IMG/VR virus record: IMGVR_UViG_3300020469_003886
Location: 1 to 64,000 of that record
DNA from: a virus
DNA: 64,000 nucleotides
Strand: one strand, 5' to 3'
Both the position numbers and the translations under genes were made by a program. Positions 1 through 9,405 of the stretch are shown here, in pieces. The first letter of the stretch is position 1. Each line of letters begins with the position of its first letter. Below the pieces are notes generated by a model. It was not told where the DNA came from. It saw nothing but the letters and a program-made list of their open reading frames with translations, and made no database searches.

Positions 1-1235
1 AAACGCCATACTTTTTCATCTACTTTATGTCCTGCATCAATAAGTTGATTGCTTAAATCATCATTGTTTGAAAATATACCAGCAAGTTGATCACCTAATG
101 CAATTGAAACTGCACCTGTTAGTGTTGCTAAATTAATCATTGTTTTTGGCTTGTATGTTTTTTGTGTGTACCACAAACAGTCTGCTAGTACAACTCTACC
201 TTCAGCATCTGTGTTATCAATCTCAATAGTTTGCCCACTCATCGATGTGATAACATCACCTGGCTTGTATGCATTACTAGATACCATATTTTCTACTAAT
301 CCAATAACACCAACTGCGTTGATAGGTAGGTTACGTTTTGCAATACTGATCATTGTGCCAACAACCACTGCTGAACCACCCATGTCATATTTCATATCTT
401 TTAAACCTCTAGATGGTTTAATTGAATATCCGCCTGTATCAAAACACACACCTTTACCAACTAAGGCACTAGGTGCATCACCTTTTTTACCATTCATCCA
501 TTCCATCACAACCATTTGAGATTCTCTAGCACTACCTTGTCCTACTGCCAACAGTGCACCAGCACCCATTTTTTCAAGTTCTTTTTCACCGTATACTTTG
601 ATCTTAAGTCCAAGTGCTTCTAGTTCTTTTACACGATCAGCATATGATTTAGGATATAATACATTTGATGGTTCTGAAATTAAATCTTTTGCAAATGCAA
701 TACCTTGTACCATTGCATCTTTGTGTGTATATTCTTCTTTTATTTTTGTTAAATCAGCACCTTCTTGGCAGACGTCAACTTCAAAGTTTGTTTCTTCTTT
801 GTCTTTTTTAGTAAAGTATTTGTCAAATGTATATTCCTTCAACTGCATACCAAACGCAAGGTTAGTAGATGACGGCAATACTTCTTTGTCAACAAACGCA
901 AGTACACGACCTTGTGTGCCACGTTCTTTTAATTTACTGTAAATTGCTCCACCTACTTTTTCTAATTTAGCATCATCTAATTTAACAGGATCTCCTACAC
1001 TAATGAACAATGCATCGTGGCAAGGCAAGTTGTTAGATGTAATAAAAAAACTATCTAAGAATTTACCTTTAAAGTTGTTGTGTGTAATTGTTTCACTTAA
1101 TAGTCCGTCTGTACCTTCATCTAGTATTGATGATGAATGTGATAACTGCACATCATCGTTTTTAGTATAAAGTAAATGCACTTCGCAAGTACTTTCACCA
1201 CTTGATTCTAGATCGTTAATAAAATCTATTTTCAT
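1..1235 (-). CDS. pepA: M17 leucyl aminopeptidase (runs off window start; absent from ORF track)
   Basis: Manual translation: MKIDFINDLE... start overlapping the TGA at 1232; motifs LVGKGVCFDTGGYSIKP, MKYDMGG, NTDAEGR, ATLTGA. Confidence 0.93.
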   Translation of the reverse strand, partial: MKIDFINDLESSGESTCEVHLLYTKNDDVQLSHSSSILDEGTDGLLSETITHNNFKGKFLDSFFITSNNLPCHDALFISVGDPVKLDDAKLEKVGGAIYSKLKERGTQGRVLAFVDKEVLPSSTNLAFGMQLKEYTFDKYFTKKDKEETNFEVDVCQEGADLTKIKEEYTHKDAMVQGIAFAKDLISEPSNVLYPKSYADRVKELEALGLKIKVYGEKELEKMGAGALLAVGQGSARESQMVVMEWMNGKKGDAPSALVGKGVCFDTGGYSIKPSRGLKDMKYDMGGSAVVVGTMISIAKRNLPINAVGVIGLVENMVSSNAYKPGDVITSMSGQTIEIDNTDAEGRVVLADCLWYTQKTYKPKTMINLATLTGAVSIALGDQLAGIFSNNDDLSNQLIDAGHKVDEKVWR

Positions 1236-1459
1236 TTGACCTCCATGTCTTTGGTAAGAACTAAAGGCTGTTCTGAAAACATTCTTGAATATACTTTTAG
1301 ATCTTCTTGTTCTTTTTGTTGTCGTTGATCAAATATTTCTATTTGAATTGCTTCTTTGATATCATATGCAAGTTCTGGCCAACTAGCCACAAAGTCATGT
1401 ACAAATACTTCACGTTCTGTTTGGTCCATTCTTGCAATTTGTTCTGCTAAATCTGTCAT
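1232..1459 (-). CDS. hypothetical protein
   Basis: ORF with ATGA coupling on both sides. Confidence 0.7.
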   Translation of the reverse strand: MTDLAEQIARMDQTEREVFVHDFVASWPELAYDIKEAIQIEIFDQRQQKEQEDLKVYSRMFSEQPLVLTKDMEVK

Positions 1460-1797
1460 GCAATATTCTCTTCTTTAGGCATTTCGTACATTGGAAATTC
1501 TGCTTTGCCACGTTTAGGCTCATGCATACCAACTGCCCACCCATTTTCAAGTTCAACCCAATACTTCACAGTTTTTTCAGTACCAGGCCATCCAACATTA
1601 CTAGCATTACGATCTACAATTTTTACATCACTAAACTGCTTGGCTGGAATATCTTTTTTCTTATACTTACGCATATTCCACCACCACTGAAAGTCTAACC
1701 CAAGTGTGGTTTCATTTTCAAGTTCTCTTGATATACCATAATGTTCTGATGAGTACAGACCTAATGGATCATCTTTGTTTATTTTTATTTTAGGCAT
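1456..1797 (-). CDS. hypothetical protein
   Basis: ORF with AGGAG SD, abutting neighbours. Confidence 0.7.
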   Translation of the reverse strand: MPKIKINKDDPLGLYSSEHYGISRELENETTLGLDFQWWWNMRKYKKKDIPAKQFSDVKIVDRNASNVGWPGTEKTVKYWVELENGWAVGMHEPKRGKAEFPMYEMPKEENIA

Positions 1798-2136
1798 TTA
1801 TTCTCCTTTTTGTTTTAAGTTGCTTAAAAATTCTGGTTTAGTTTCTACACAATATACTTTAAGTGTTTCTTCTTTAAGTATCCTTGTGGCTTTACAATCT
1901 TTGCCTGTAATTGACGAAACAATGTGATCAGTTGTTGTTTTCTTTCCTTCAACTGCTAATGCTGTATCAACACCTGCTTTTACTATTGTAACTGTTTTGT
2001 ATGTTTGGTAAGAACTTGATGCTGTTGCTGTTGCTCCGCCACCAACTAAAAATCCAGGGGCCGCACATCCTTGTAACAATACAAGTACTGAAATCCACAA
2101 CAACATTAAAAATAATAATGGTTTTGGATTTATCAT
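1798..2136 (-). CDS. putative lipoprotein
   Basis: Hydrophobic signal and lipobox LQGC. Confidence 0.7.
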   Translation of the reverse strand: MINPKPLLFLMLLWISVLVLLQGCAAPGFLVGGGATATASSSYQTYKTVTIVKAGVDTALAVEGKKTTTDHIVSSITGKDCKATRILKEETLKVYCVETKPEFLSNLKQKGE

Positions 2137-2558
2137 ACTTTTCTTCCTGCTGTTTTTAAATCTTCTTTTGCTACCACCATATATGGACCTTTGTTGTATG
2201 CTGGCACAATTGAGTACTGTTTACTAACTTCTAATCTTTCTCTTGTTTCTTTCCAACTGCGTGTACCACCTCTGGTAATTCTATTGCTCAACTTAGGTTG
2301 TGGCAATGTTTGCCTAGTTATTGGTTCTGTAGTAGTTGGGTTACCTAAACTCATTTTCTGTTGTGGCTGTTGTATAGGTTTCCATTTACCTTGAACATAG
2401 TCAACATATTCTTCAAATGTCATTTTAGCAAGTTTCATTTTCTTAAGAAACTTGTTGTGTTCACGGAATCCTGCTTGATATTTGTGCAACGGCTTTGGCT
2501 TCTTTTTTCTTATTTTAGTATTCAGAAGGCTCAACCCACGTTCTAAGTGCATAGTCAT
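2133..2558 (-). CDS. basic hypothetical phage protein (C-terminal PAYNKGPY motif)
   Basis: ORF directly downstream of a sigma70-type promoter. Confidence 0.7.
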   Translation of the reverse strand: MTMHLERGLSLLNTKIRKKKPKPLHKYQAGFREHNKFLKKMKLAKMTFEEYVDYVQGKWKPIQQPQQKMSLGNPTTTEPITRQTLPQPKLSNRITRGGTRSWKETRERLEVSKQYSIVPAYNKGPYMVVAKEDLKTAGRKV

Positions 2559-2564
2559 AATATT

Positions 2565-2592
2565 AATATAGCATCAATTGTTGATTTGTCAA
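2565..2592 (-). promoter_or_regulatory. sigma70-type promoter, probably leaderless
   Basis: TTGACA-N16-(TGC)TATATT-N6-ATG. Confidence 0.75.
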
Positions 2593-2632
2593 GTAAAAGA
2601 TTAGTCTTTTTTGAAGCAATAAGTCTTTGATT

Positions 2633-3676
2633 TTATTGACTTATTTTTTCACCTTGTTTTTTATTTTTAGTTTTTTCTTGCATTTGTTGTTCAGCAACCA
2701 CAAATGGAGGCTTACGCAATTTATTACTATGATTTAGCAACGACAATGTTCTAGTAAAAATTTTATCAAGTTCTTTTTCTAAAGATTTTTTATTACCTTC
2801 TAATTGTTTTGCAATCATAATGATTCCGCCAGCACTAGCAACATAATCAGGAATGTAAAGTATTCGTTTACCATGCATATTATATCCTGCTTTGTTACTT
2901 GCTAACTGACAATCAGTTGCTCCTATTACTGCAAGTGACTTTATGGTATGCGTTGAATTTTTATCAAGAGTATCTCTACCTTGACAAATTACAAGCAAAT
3001 CACTTACCACAGTTGTTGCTTCTTGTACTGAGCAAGTTCCAAACCATGCATCTGCATACAAGTTGTTCACACTGTCTTTATTAGTATCACACACTGTTAG
3101 GTTGGCGTTGTTTTTGTCAAACATTTTTGCAACTTCTTTGCCGTGATTAGAAACTCCTTGCACAATTACATGTTTGTGCTGAAAAGATTTATTACTATTA
3201 ATATACTGTTGAACTGCTCTTGCAGAATAAAATACTCCTTTGGCTTGTGCTTTTATGTATGCTTGTTGATCAACTGTAATTAATTGTGGACAAATACTTG
3301 CTAGGTATTCATAAAAATTATCATCAACATTTGATGTAAACACAGCAATTTGATCTTTGTATTGAGTATTTAAAAAATTACCTAATACTTCTGCAAGTTT
3401 AATATAACGAGTATCTTCATTTACATTTATAGTTATAACACCTGGTACATTTTTAATATCATTGTACTGGTATTTCATTTCAACATTTCGAGCATACTTT
3501 TTAGTTACATCAATTTGTTGATTAGATGAATTATACGATTCAAATTTAATTTCAATCAAAGGTATAGCATCTGTTTCTTTTTTTAAAATTGCAACTACAC
3601 TACTAAATCCGTTTTCTTCATCACTAGCATGTGACATTGTAAAGTTATCAAACTCTACTGGATCAATTTTGATCAT
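2633..3676 (-). CDS. degenerate Glu/Leu/Phe/Val dehydrogenase-like protein
   Basis: VIVQGVSNHG Rossmann-like motif and ILYIPDYVASAGGII; the GGGK catalytic motif is not recognisable. Confidence 0.7.
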   Translation of the reverse strand: MIKIDPVEFDNFTMSHASDEENGFSSVVAILKKETDAIPLIEIKFESYNSSNQQIDVTKKYARNVEMKYQYNDIKNVPGVITINVNEDTRYIKLAEVLGNFLNTQYKDQIAVFTSNVDDNFYEYLASICPQLITVDQQAYIKAQAKGVFYSARAVQQYINSNKSFQHKHVIVQGVSNHGKEVAKMFDKNNANLTVCDTNKDSVNNLYADAWFGTCSVQEATTVVSDLLVICQGRDTLDKNSTHTIKSLAVIGATDCQLASNKAGYNMHGKRILYIPDYVASAGGIIMIAKQLEGNKKSLEKELDKIFTRTLSLLNHSNKLRKPPFVVAEQQMQEKTKNKKQGEKISQ

Positions 3677-3689
3677 TTGTTTTCTCCAA

Positions 3690-4415
3690 TTATTTTTTTT
3701 CTGTTGGCTGTTCTTTTGCTGTTTGTTGTGCTTTTAATTCTGCTTGTTGAAGTTTTTGAAACTCTTCATCAGACAATTTCTTAAGTACAAACACTAAATT
3801 CTTTTCATCAAACTTTTTGTCTGGATCTTTGTTATCAAACAATTCAATTTTAAAGTCTGTTGCTACAAGAATCTGTAGTTTATGTCTTAGTATAAGTGCC
3901 GCCCATTGCTTTGGTCCCATAATAGAATAATGGTTAGCAATATACTCTAATGGTCTATGATTGTCAGGAGCAGGCATTTCAATATAAATTTTACCATTTG
4001 TTTTTAGTACTCTTTTGTATTCACCAAGTGTCATGTAAGGAAAAGGTGAGTGTTCTAAACAATGTCTAACAAAAAGAAAATCAAATGACTCGTCAGGGTA
4101 TGTCATAAATGACTGGTCCATGTTTTCACATTCAAAACCTCTTTCTTGTGTTGCTTTAACATCTTCATCACTCATTGTGATACCTTTGATGTTTGTGAAT
4201 CCTAATTCTTTAAACTTTTCCATAGCATAACCTTGACCACAACCAATATCAAGTATTGCTTGGTCTTTGTTATCTCCTAATTGATTCTTTTCTAAATCAG
4301 GAACAATTTGATCAATCATTCGTGTGTGCATAACAGTATCTGGTTCAGAATATACTTCTTTAGATACTTTGTCTAAAAATTTTAATATTTTGTCTGCTTT
4401 GTTTTTTATATCCAT
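3690..4415 (-). CDS. class I SAM-dependent methyltransferase
   Basis: ILDIGCGQG, FDFLF, LEH, RVLKTNG motifs. Confidence 0.88.
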   Translation of the reverse strand: MDIKNKADKILKFLDKVSKEVYSEPDTVMHTRMIDQIVPDLEKNQLGDNKDQAILDIGCGQGYAMEKFKELGFTNIKGITMSDEDVKATQERGFECENMDQSFMTYPDESFDFLFVRHCLEHSPFPYMTLGEYKRVLKTNGKIYIEMPAPDNHRPLEYIANHYSIMGPKQWAALILRHKLQILVATDFKIELFDNKDPDKKFDEKNLVFVLKKLSDEEFQKLQQAELKAQQTAKEQPTEKK

Positions 4416-4441
4416 TTTGTTTTGTTTTCCGTGTTGTTACT

Positions 4442-4516
4442 TGGAGCGGGCGATCGGATTCGAACCGACGACCCTTTCGTTGGCAACGAAATGCTCTACC
4501 ACTGAGCTACGCCCGC
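4442..4516 (-). tRNA. tRNA-Gly(GCC), CCA encoded
   Basis: Cloverleaf GCGGGCG..., anticodon arm TTTCG-TTGCCAA-CGAAA, TTCGAAT T-loop. Confidence 0.97.
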
Positions 4517-4526
4517 CTATTGTTAT

Positions 4527-4555
4527 ATTATATTTAACTATATTCATTTTGTCAA
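4527..4555 (-). promoter_or_regulatory. perfect-consensus sigma70 promoter for tRNA-Gly
   Basis: TTGACA-N17-TATAAT. Confidence 0.85.
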
Positions 4556-4565
4556 TACAATTATG

Positions 4566-4805
4566 TTAATCTTTTTGCTTCTTTTTAACATCTTTAAGTG
4601 TTTTAACTTTGGTTCTTAATCTAATTAAATCATTATCAAGCATACGTACTCTATCAATTAACTGAATTAGTGTTCCAGAAACTGCACCTAATTTTGGCTT
4701 AATAAATTTTACAATATAATTATAAAGGTAATATATAAAGTAAGCCAAAAAGAATACTGCTACAATTGGAAATCCATAATAGTTAATTAATTCTACAATG
4801 TCCAT
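4566..4805 (-). CDS. small membrane protein with coiled-coil tail (paralogue of 5010-5288)
   Basis: GFPI TM helix followed by LIDRVRMLDNDLIRL. Confidence 0.75.
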   Translation of the reverse strand: MDIVELINYYGFPIVAVFFLAYFIYYLYNYIVKFIKPKLGAVSGTLIQLIDRVRMLDNDLIRLRTKVKTLKDVKKKQKD

Positions 4806-4809
4806 AAAG

Positions 4810-4998
4810 TTAATTATTCTCTTTCTCTTGCTTAACTAACCAGCCGTTTTTGTTTACTACAAAAACATCTCCTGGCTTGTAAAGATAATGGTCTTTTTGT
4901 TTACCGTCTTTGGCGACACCCATAACTTCTCCAAACCAATCACCTGCTATTTTAAAATTTTTACCTGCTTGTTCTATTGTATAGTCTATCCAAATCAT
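4810..4998 (-). CDS. hypothetical protein
   Basis: AGGAG SD; fills the gap between neighbours. Confidence 0.65.
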   Translation of the reverse strand: MIWIDYTIEQAGKNFKIAGDWFGEVMGVAKDGKQKDHYLYKPGDVFVVNKNGWLVKQEKENN

Positions 4999-5009
4999 TG
5001 CAATTCTCC

Positions 5010-5288
5010 TTAATCTTTTCTTGCATCTTCTTTGCCATCTGCTCTGGCTATTCTATCTGTGTCTACTGGTAAACCAAGTTGTTCTGAAACTTCATTATCA
5101 ATTTTAAGTATATCATTATTCATTGTTTTTATTCTATTGTCTAATGACTCAATTACACTTTTAATAAAATCAATTGAGCTTACAATACTACTTAATATGT
5201 AATTTATAACAATCATGATGAAAATGCCAGATGCAATTGCGGCCGCAATTGGCAAACCTAAATCAGCGATGATTGTCCAAAAATTCAT
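5010..5288 (-). CDS. small membrane protein with coiled-coil tail
   Basis: GLPI TM helix followed by LDNRIKTMNNDILKI. Confidence 0.75.
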   Translation of the reverse strand: MNFWTIIADLGLPIAAAIASGIFIMIVINYILSSIVSSIDFIKSVIESLDNRIKTMNNDILKIDNEVSEQLGLPVDTDRIARADGKEDARKD

Positions 5289-5330
5289 TTTTATGTTCTC
5301 TATACTTTTCTTGTATATATTTATGTTAGT

Positions 5331-7376
5331 TTATTTTGTTGTTGCTATGAACACCCCATTCCAATCTTTTGGAAGATCTTGAGTTTTCATATACTCACAA
5401 CGTTCTATCCACATTGTGTAATAGTCTTTCATTTTACCTTCAAAATGTTGTTTTAATCTTTCACAGTGATATATTGCTTCATCAAAGTTTTGTGATTGAT
5501 ATGCTTCGTGCATTTGATCATGTAGTTTTTTGCTGTTGTGATAATCTTTTTTTACATCATCTAACACTGTATAAATTCTAATACCAATAGTTTTTCCTTT
5601 TACAGCAAGTTCATCTATCTTTAAGTAAAAAAATTGTGTATGTGTTGCATCGTAGGTATTTTCACCTACTAGTAATACACACCCATATTCTTTGCACTTT
5701 GACTCAATACGAGCCGCTGTGCTCACAGCATCACCAAGTACATCATATGAATGTCTTTCAGTTGATCCCATTTCTCCTAAATATCCAAGTCCTGTGTTTA
5801 TACCAGCACCCATACCAATTGGAGGTCTTCCTTCTGATGTAATTTTATCATTAAACTTGTCTACTGCTTTTAGCATGTTTAATCCTGTTTTAACTGCTGT
5901 ACAAGGGTGATCTAAATCGTCAATGGGTGCATTGTGTATATGCATTGATGCATCACCAATATATTTTATAACCATGCCATCAGCATCTAGTATTGGCTGT
6001 GTAATAGCATCCATATATCCGTTCATTATTTTTGTTAATCCTTGAACATCATCACCAAATGATTCTCCTAATGGTGTGAAGCCACGTAAATCAGAGAAGC
6101 AAATAGAAACTTCTTTTTTTATACCTTCTTTAATTAGTTTTGGATTTTCTTGTAACATTTTAACAACTGTTGGAGAACAATAGCCAGCAAATTGTTTTTT
6201 AATTGCTTGTTTCTCAAAAAATTCTTTTGCAAATCTATTAAACACTGCATGAAAGCCTGTCAGTGATGCCACTAATAATATCCAACTGACATCCCATAAC
6301 TGTAGATGTCTTGTGAATGCAAAGTATGATGCATAACCTGTGCCTGTCCAAAACACAACAAATGCTATACCAATCAGCCAATATGGCGCAAACGTTGCCA
6401 GTAATACTAATAATAATGCAACTACCCCTGCTGTAACGTATTCTACAAATGTTGCATAGTCTGTTCTAACAATATTGTCTCCACTTATAATTGTTTGCAA
6501 TCCTACTGCTATAGGGTCATGTGAATATCTTTCGCCATTTGGTGTAGCAATCACAGAACCTATTCCTTCTGCTGTTATACCTACAATAACTGTTTTGCCT
6601 TGTACCATATCAAATTCATCTACTACACTAATTCTCTCAAACTGTTTGTTCCAACGTAACCATATCTGTCCATTTGGATCTGTTTTAATTACAGGATAGC
6701 CTGGTACACGAACTGCTTGTACTCCGCTTGGTCCTGCTTTAACTTGATAACTTGGTGCACCTGTTGCCACACGTATTGTTTCAATTGTCATAGAAGGATA
6801 TGTTTCTCCTCCTACTGTAACTATCAACGGCATTCTTCTTACCACACCATCTATTTCAGGTGCTGTGTTGATCACTCCTACACCGTCTGCATTTTGTCCT
6901 AGTATTTCAATTGGACCTAACATGCCAGGCCAATTAAACAAGTATGGAATTGGATCACCTATTTTAGCAACACCTCTTGGCACTGAATTTTTATCTACAC
7001 CTTGTGCTGTACCAACTTGTGCTATAACTACACCATTTTGATTTAGTGCAAACACTAATTCATTGTCGCCACCTAATCTATCTGGTTCTGAGAATAAAAC
7101 TGGCAACACAATTATTCCTGCACCTGCTTCACGCAACTGCCAAATGATATCAGCAATTGTTTTTCTGTTCCAAGGCCATTGCCCATACTTTTCAATAGCA
7201 CGTTCATCTATTTCGACTATCACAACATCATTACTAATAGTAGGAACATCATATTGTTGTACCACATCAAAACTTTTTAATCTTGCTAGTTTCTTGACAT
7301 AAGGATCTGAAAATCCCCATACCATTAATAATGTGAGTGTAACAAATGCTAAAATCCAATGTGTAAAATATTTCAT
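5331..7376 (-). CDS. CHASE2-domain class III adenylate/guanylate cyclase
   Basis: CHASE2 GQWPWNR, three TM helices, cyclase motifs FSDLRGFT, KYIGDA, GINTG, YDVLGDAVSTAARIES. Confidence 0.93.
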   Translation of the reverse strand: MKYFTHWILAFVTLTLLMVWGFSDPYVKKLARLKSFDVVQQYDVPTISNDVVIVEIDERAIEKYGQWPWNRKTIADIIWQLREAGAGIIVLPVLFSEPDRLGGDNELVFALNQNGVVIAQVGTAQGVDKNSVPRGVAKIGDPIPYLFNWPGMLGPIEILGQNADGVGVINTAPEIDGVVRRMPLIVTVGGETYPSMTIETIRVATGAPSYQVKAGPSGVQAVRVPGYPVIKTDPNGQIWLRWNKQFERISVVDEFDMVQGKTVIVGITAEGIGSVIATPNGERYSHDPIAVGLQTIISGDNIVRTDYATFVEYVTAGVVALLLVLLATFAPYWLIGIAFVVFWTGTGYASYFAFTRHLQLWDVSWILLVASLTGFHAVFNRFAKEFFEKQAIKKQFAGYCSPTVVKMLQENPKLIKEGIKKEVSICFSDLRGFTPLGESFGDDVQGLTKIMNGYMDAITQPILDADGMVIKYIGDASMHIHNAPIDDLDHPCTAVKTGLNMLKAVDKFNDKITSEGRPPIGMGAGINTGLGYLGEMGSTERHSYDVLGDAVSTAARIESKCKEYGCVLLVGENTYDATHTQFFYLKIDELAVKGKTIGIRIYTVLDDVKKDYHNSKKLHDQMHEAYQSQNFDEAIYHCERLKQHFEGKMKDYYTMWIERCEYMKTQDLPKDWNGVFIATTK

Positions 7377-7379
7377 ATA

Positions 7380-7724
7380 CTATCCTATTAGCACTAAGGT
7401 TGGTTCACCTGAGATTAAACTTACGATTACACTTGCTATTGCCCAAATTATTAATAGGTAACCTAGCCACCAATACCATTTGTTGCCACGCTTGTCCATA
7501 AACTTTTTAGTTGCACGTTTTGTTCCCAATGGATCTTTTGATGCTGACCAACCAAACAGTTTATCACTCCAACTAAAAGGAGGTGCTTTCCATAATACTA
7601 CAGGAATCATCAAGTAAAATAAGAACACTGGATAATCATCTGATGGTTCAGTATGTCCTAGCCATATAGTGATTCCTAGTATTCCTAGCAAATACCAACC
7701 TATTTTTTTTCTTAAGTGGTTCAT
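7380..7724 (-). CDS. membrane protein
   Basis: About 3 hydrophobic segments; TAAATA 5 nt upstream of ATG. Confidence 0.7.
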   Translation of the reverse strand: MNHLRKKIGWYLLGILGITIWLGHTEPSDDYPVFLFYLMIPVVLWKAPPFSWSDKLFGWSASKDPLGTKRATKKFMDKRGNKWYWWLGYLLIIWAIASVIVSLISGEPTLVLIG

Positions 7725-7728
7725 ACTC

Positions 7729-7878
7729 TTATTTATTGTAGTTTATTGGATTCAACATTTTATCCCAATGTGGTCCAACTGCTTCCCAATATTCACGTCC
7801 TGGATTGTGATATATCAAACTAGCAAATACTAAGAATAATACTGACAAGACAACTGTTAATGATACAAGATCTTTCAT
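7729..7878 (-). CDS. 49-aa single-TM protein (not in ORF track)
   Basis: MKDLVSLTVVLSVLFLVFASLIYHNPGREYWEAVGPHWDKMLNPINYNK; GAGAGG SD. Confidence 0.6.
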   Translation of the reverse strand: MKDLVSLTVVLSVLFLVFASLIYHNPGREYWEAVGPHWDKMLNPINYNK

Positions 7879-7923
7879 TTCTTTGCCTCTCTTAATTTTT
7901 AAAATTGCTCTTAATTGTATTTA

Positions 7924-9405
7924 TTAGTTTTGTGTAATTGTTGTGGTTCCACATCCGTTCACATTGGTACAGTTTTGATCCAATGAGTATGTTTGATTAC
8001 TAGAACCTGTTTGATCTAGATCAAGTGTTGATGAATATCCTTCCATGTCAATTGTTGCTGACATGTTGCCAGAACCGTCTTGGTTTACATCTATGGTTTG
8101 GTTACTGCCTGCTGTAACATCTAAAAAATGTTCACCAGTGCCTTGCTGTGCAAGATCAATGTCATTTGAAGAACCATTTACATCCACAAACATGATTTTG
8201 TCGCCATCATCTTTTTGATCCATATACATAATGTTACTGTTGCCATCAACATCCACACTCATAAAATGGCCTTCATCTCCAACCCCCATGCCATCATTTT
8301 CTTGTACTGTTCCTATTGTGTTGTAGTCGCCTGTAACATCAATTATCAATCTGGCTTCGCCTGTGTCATCTACATTGTCACCTTGTCTTACATTAAGATT
8401 ATTGTTGTCGCCATCAACACCTATAAGCACTACGTTGTTATCACTGGTTGATCCTGCAGAGTTACCTTGTGTGATTGATACAGTATTATCATCGCCTGAT
8501 ATCACAGCATCAGCAATGGTAGAACTTGTAGTTGATGTTCCTGCTACAAGGTTGCTGTTGTCATTTTGAACAATGTCTAGATCCAAGTTATCACCTACTT
8601 GATCAATGTAGATAGCATTGCTATTTCCACTCGATGTTATATTTCTTGTGTTGGTAACTGTTGTTTGCTGTGTTGAACTTATGCTTGATGTGTATGTTGT
8701 CGTAGATGAAGAATATAACTCACTTATAAGGTCATCCATGTCTGCTCCGTCATATGTAGTAGTAAATTGATTAATATCAAATGTTACATAAACTTCACCT
8801 GTGTATCCGTTAGGTAATTCACTGCCAGACCATTTCATCCATAGGATTTTTCCACTTGTACTTTTTACTACCCAAGTGCCATCGCCAGTGAAATGAGCAC
8901 CATAGGCATATACACCAACATTGGAATAACTAGACACACCTGCCGATGTGTTTGTTTGTGTCATACTACAATCGTTGCCACAACTTCCGCCGCCTGTGGT
9001 ACCTTGGAAAGTCAATGTGCCACCAAGTTTGTTTTGTATAAAAGCCCTAACGGTATTGTTTGTGTTTGAGTAATTGGCATGGTTTTCGCCAGTGATGACT
9101 AACACTCCGCCATTTTCTACAAAATCATCATACCTGTCTTTACCGTTGCTACCAATATTGTTGTTGTATTTCAAATCAAAAACAACATCATAATTGTTAA
9201 TTAGGTTATCTGGTACAGCACCATCAGTTGATAATGTAACTGTGTAACCGTCTGCTTCTAATTGTGCTTTTACATTTGTGTGAGCATCTTGATAGTTGCT
9301 GTGCATAATCAAGGCAGTATCTGCTTTAACAGTGTTACTTAATGTCATAAAAATAACTATGCCAAACAATATAAAAGTCAATCTTGTTATCAATCTTTCA
9401 AACAT
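7924..9405 (-). CDS. secreted protein: N-terminal globular domain, Ser/Thr linker, C-terminal curlin-like repeats
   Basis: Signal peptide; repeated xDxxQxG/GxxN units (AIYIDQVGDNLDLDIVQ...). Confidence 0.75.
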   Translation of the reverse strand: MFERLITRLTFILFGIVIFMTLSNTVKADTALIMHSNYQDAHTNVKAQLEADGYTVTLSTDGAVPDNLINNYDVVFDLKYNNNIGSNGKDRYDDFVENGGVLVITGENHANYSNTNNTVRAFIQNKLGGTLTFQGTTGGGSCGNDCSMTQTNTSAGVSSYSNVGVYAYGAHFTGDGTWVVKSTSGKILWMKWSGSELPNGYTGEVYVTFDINQFTTTYDGADMDDLISELYSSSTTTYTSSISSTQQTTVTNTRNITSSGNSNAIYIDQVGDNLDLDIVQNDNSNLVAGTSTTSSTIADAVISGDDNTVSITQGNSAGSTSDNNVVLIGVDGDNNNLNVRQGDNVDDTGEARLIIDVTGDYNTIGTVQENDGMGVGDEGHFMSVDVDGNSNIMYMDQKDDGDKIMFVDVNGSSNDIDLAQQGTGEHFLDVTAGSNQTIDVNQDGSGNMSATIDMEGYSSTLDLDQTGSSNQTYSLDQNCTNVNGCGTTTITQN

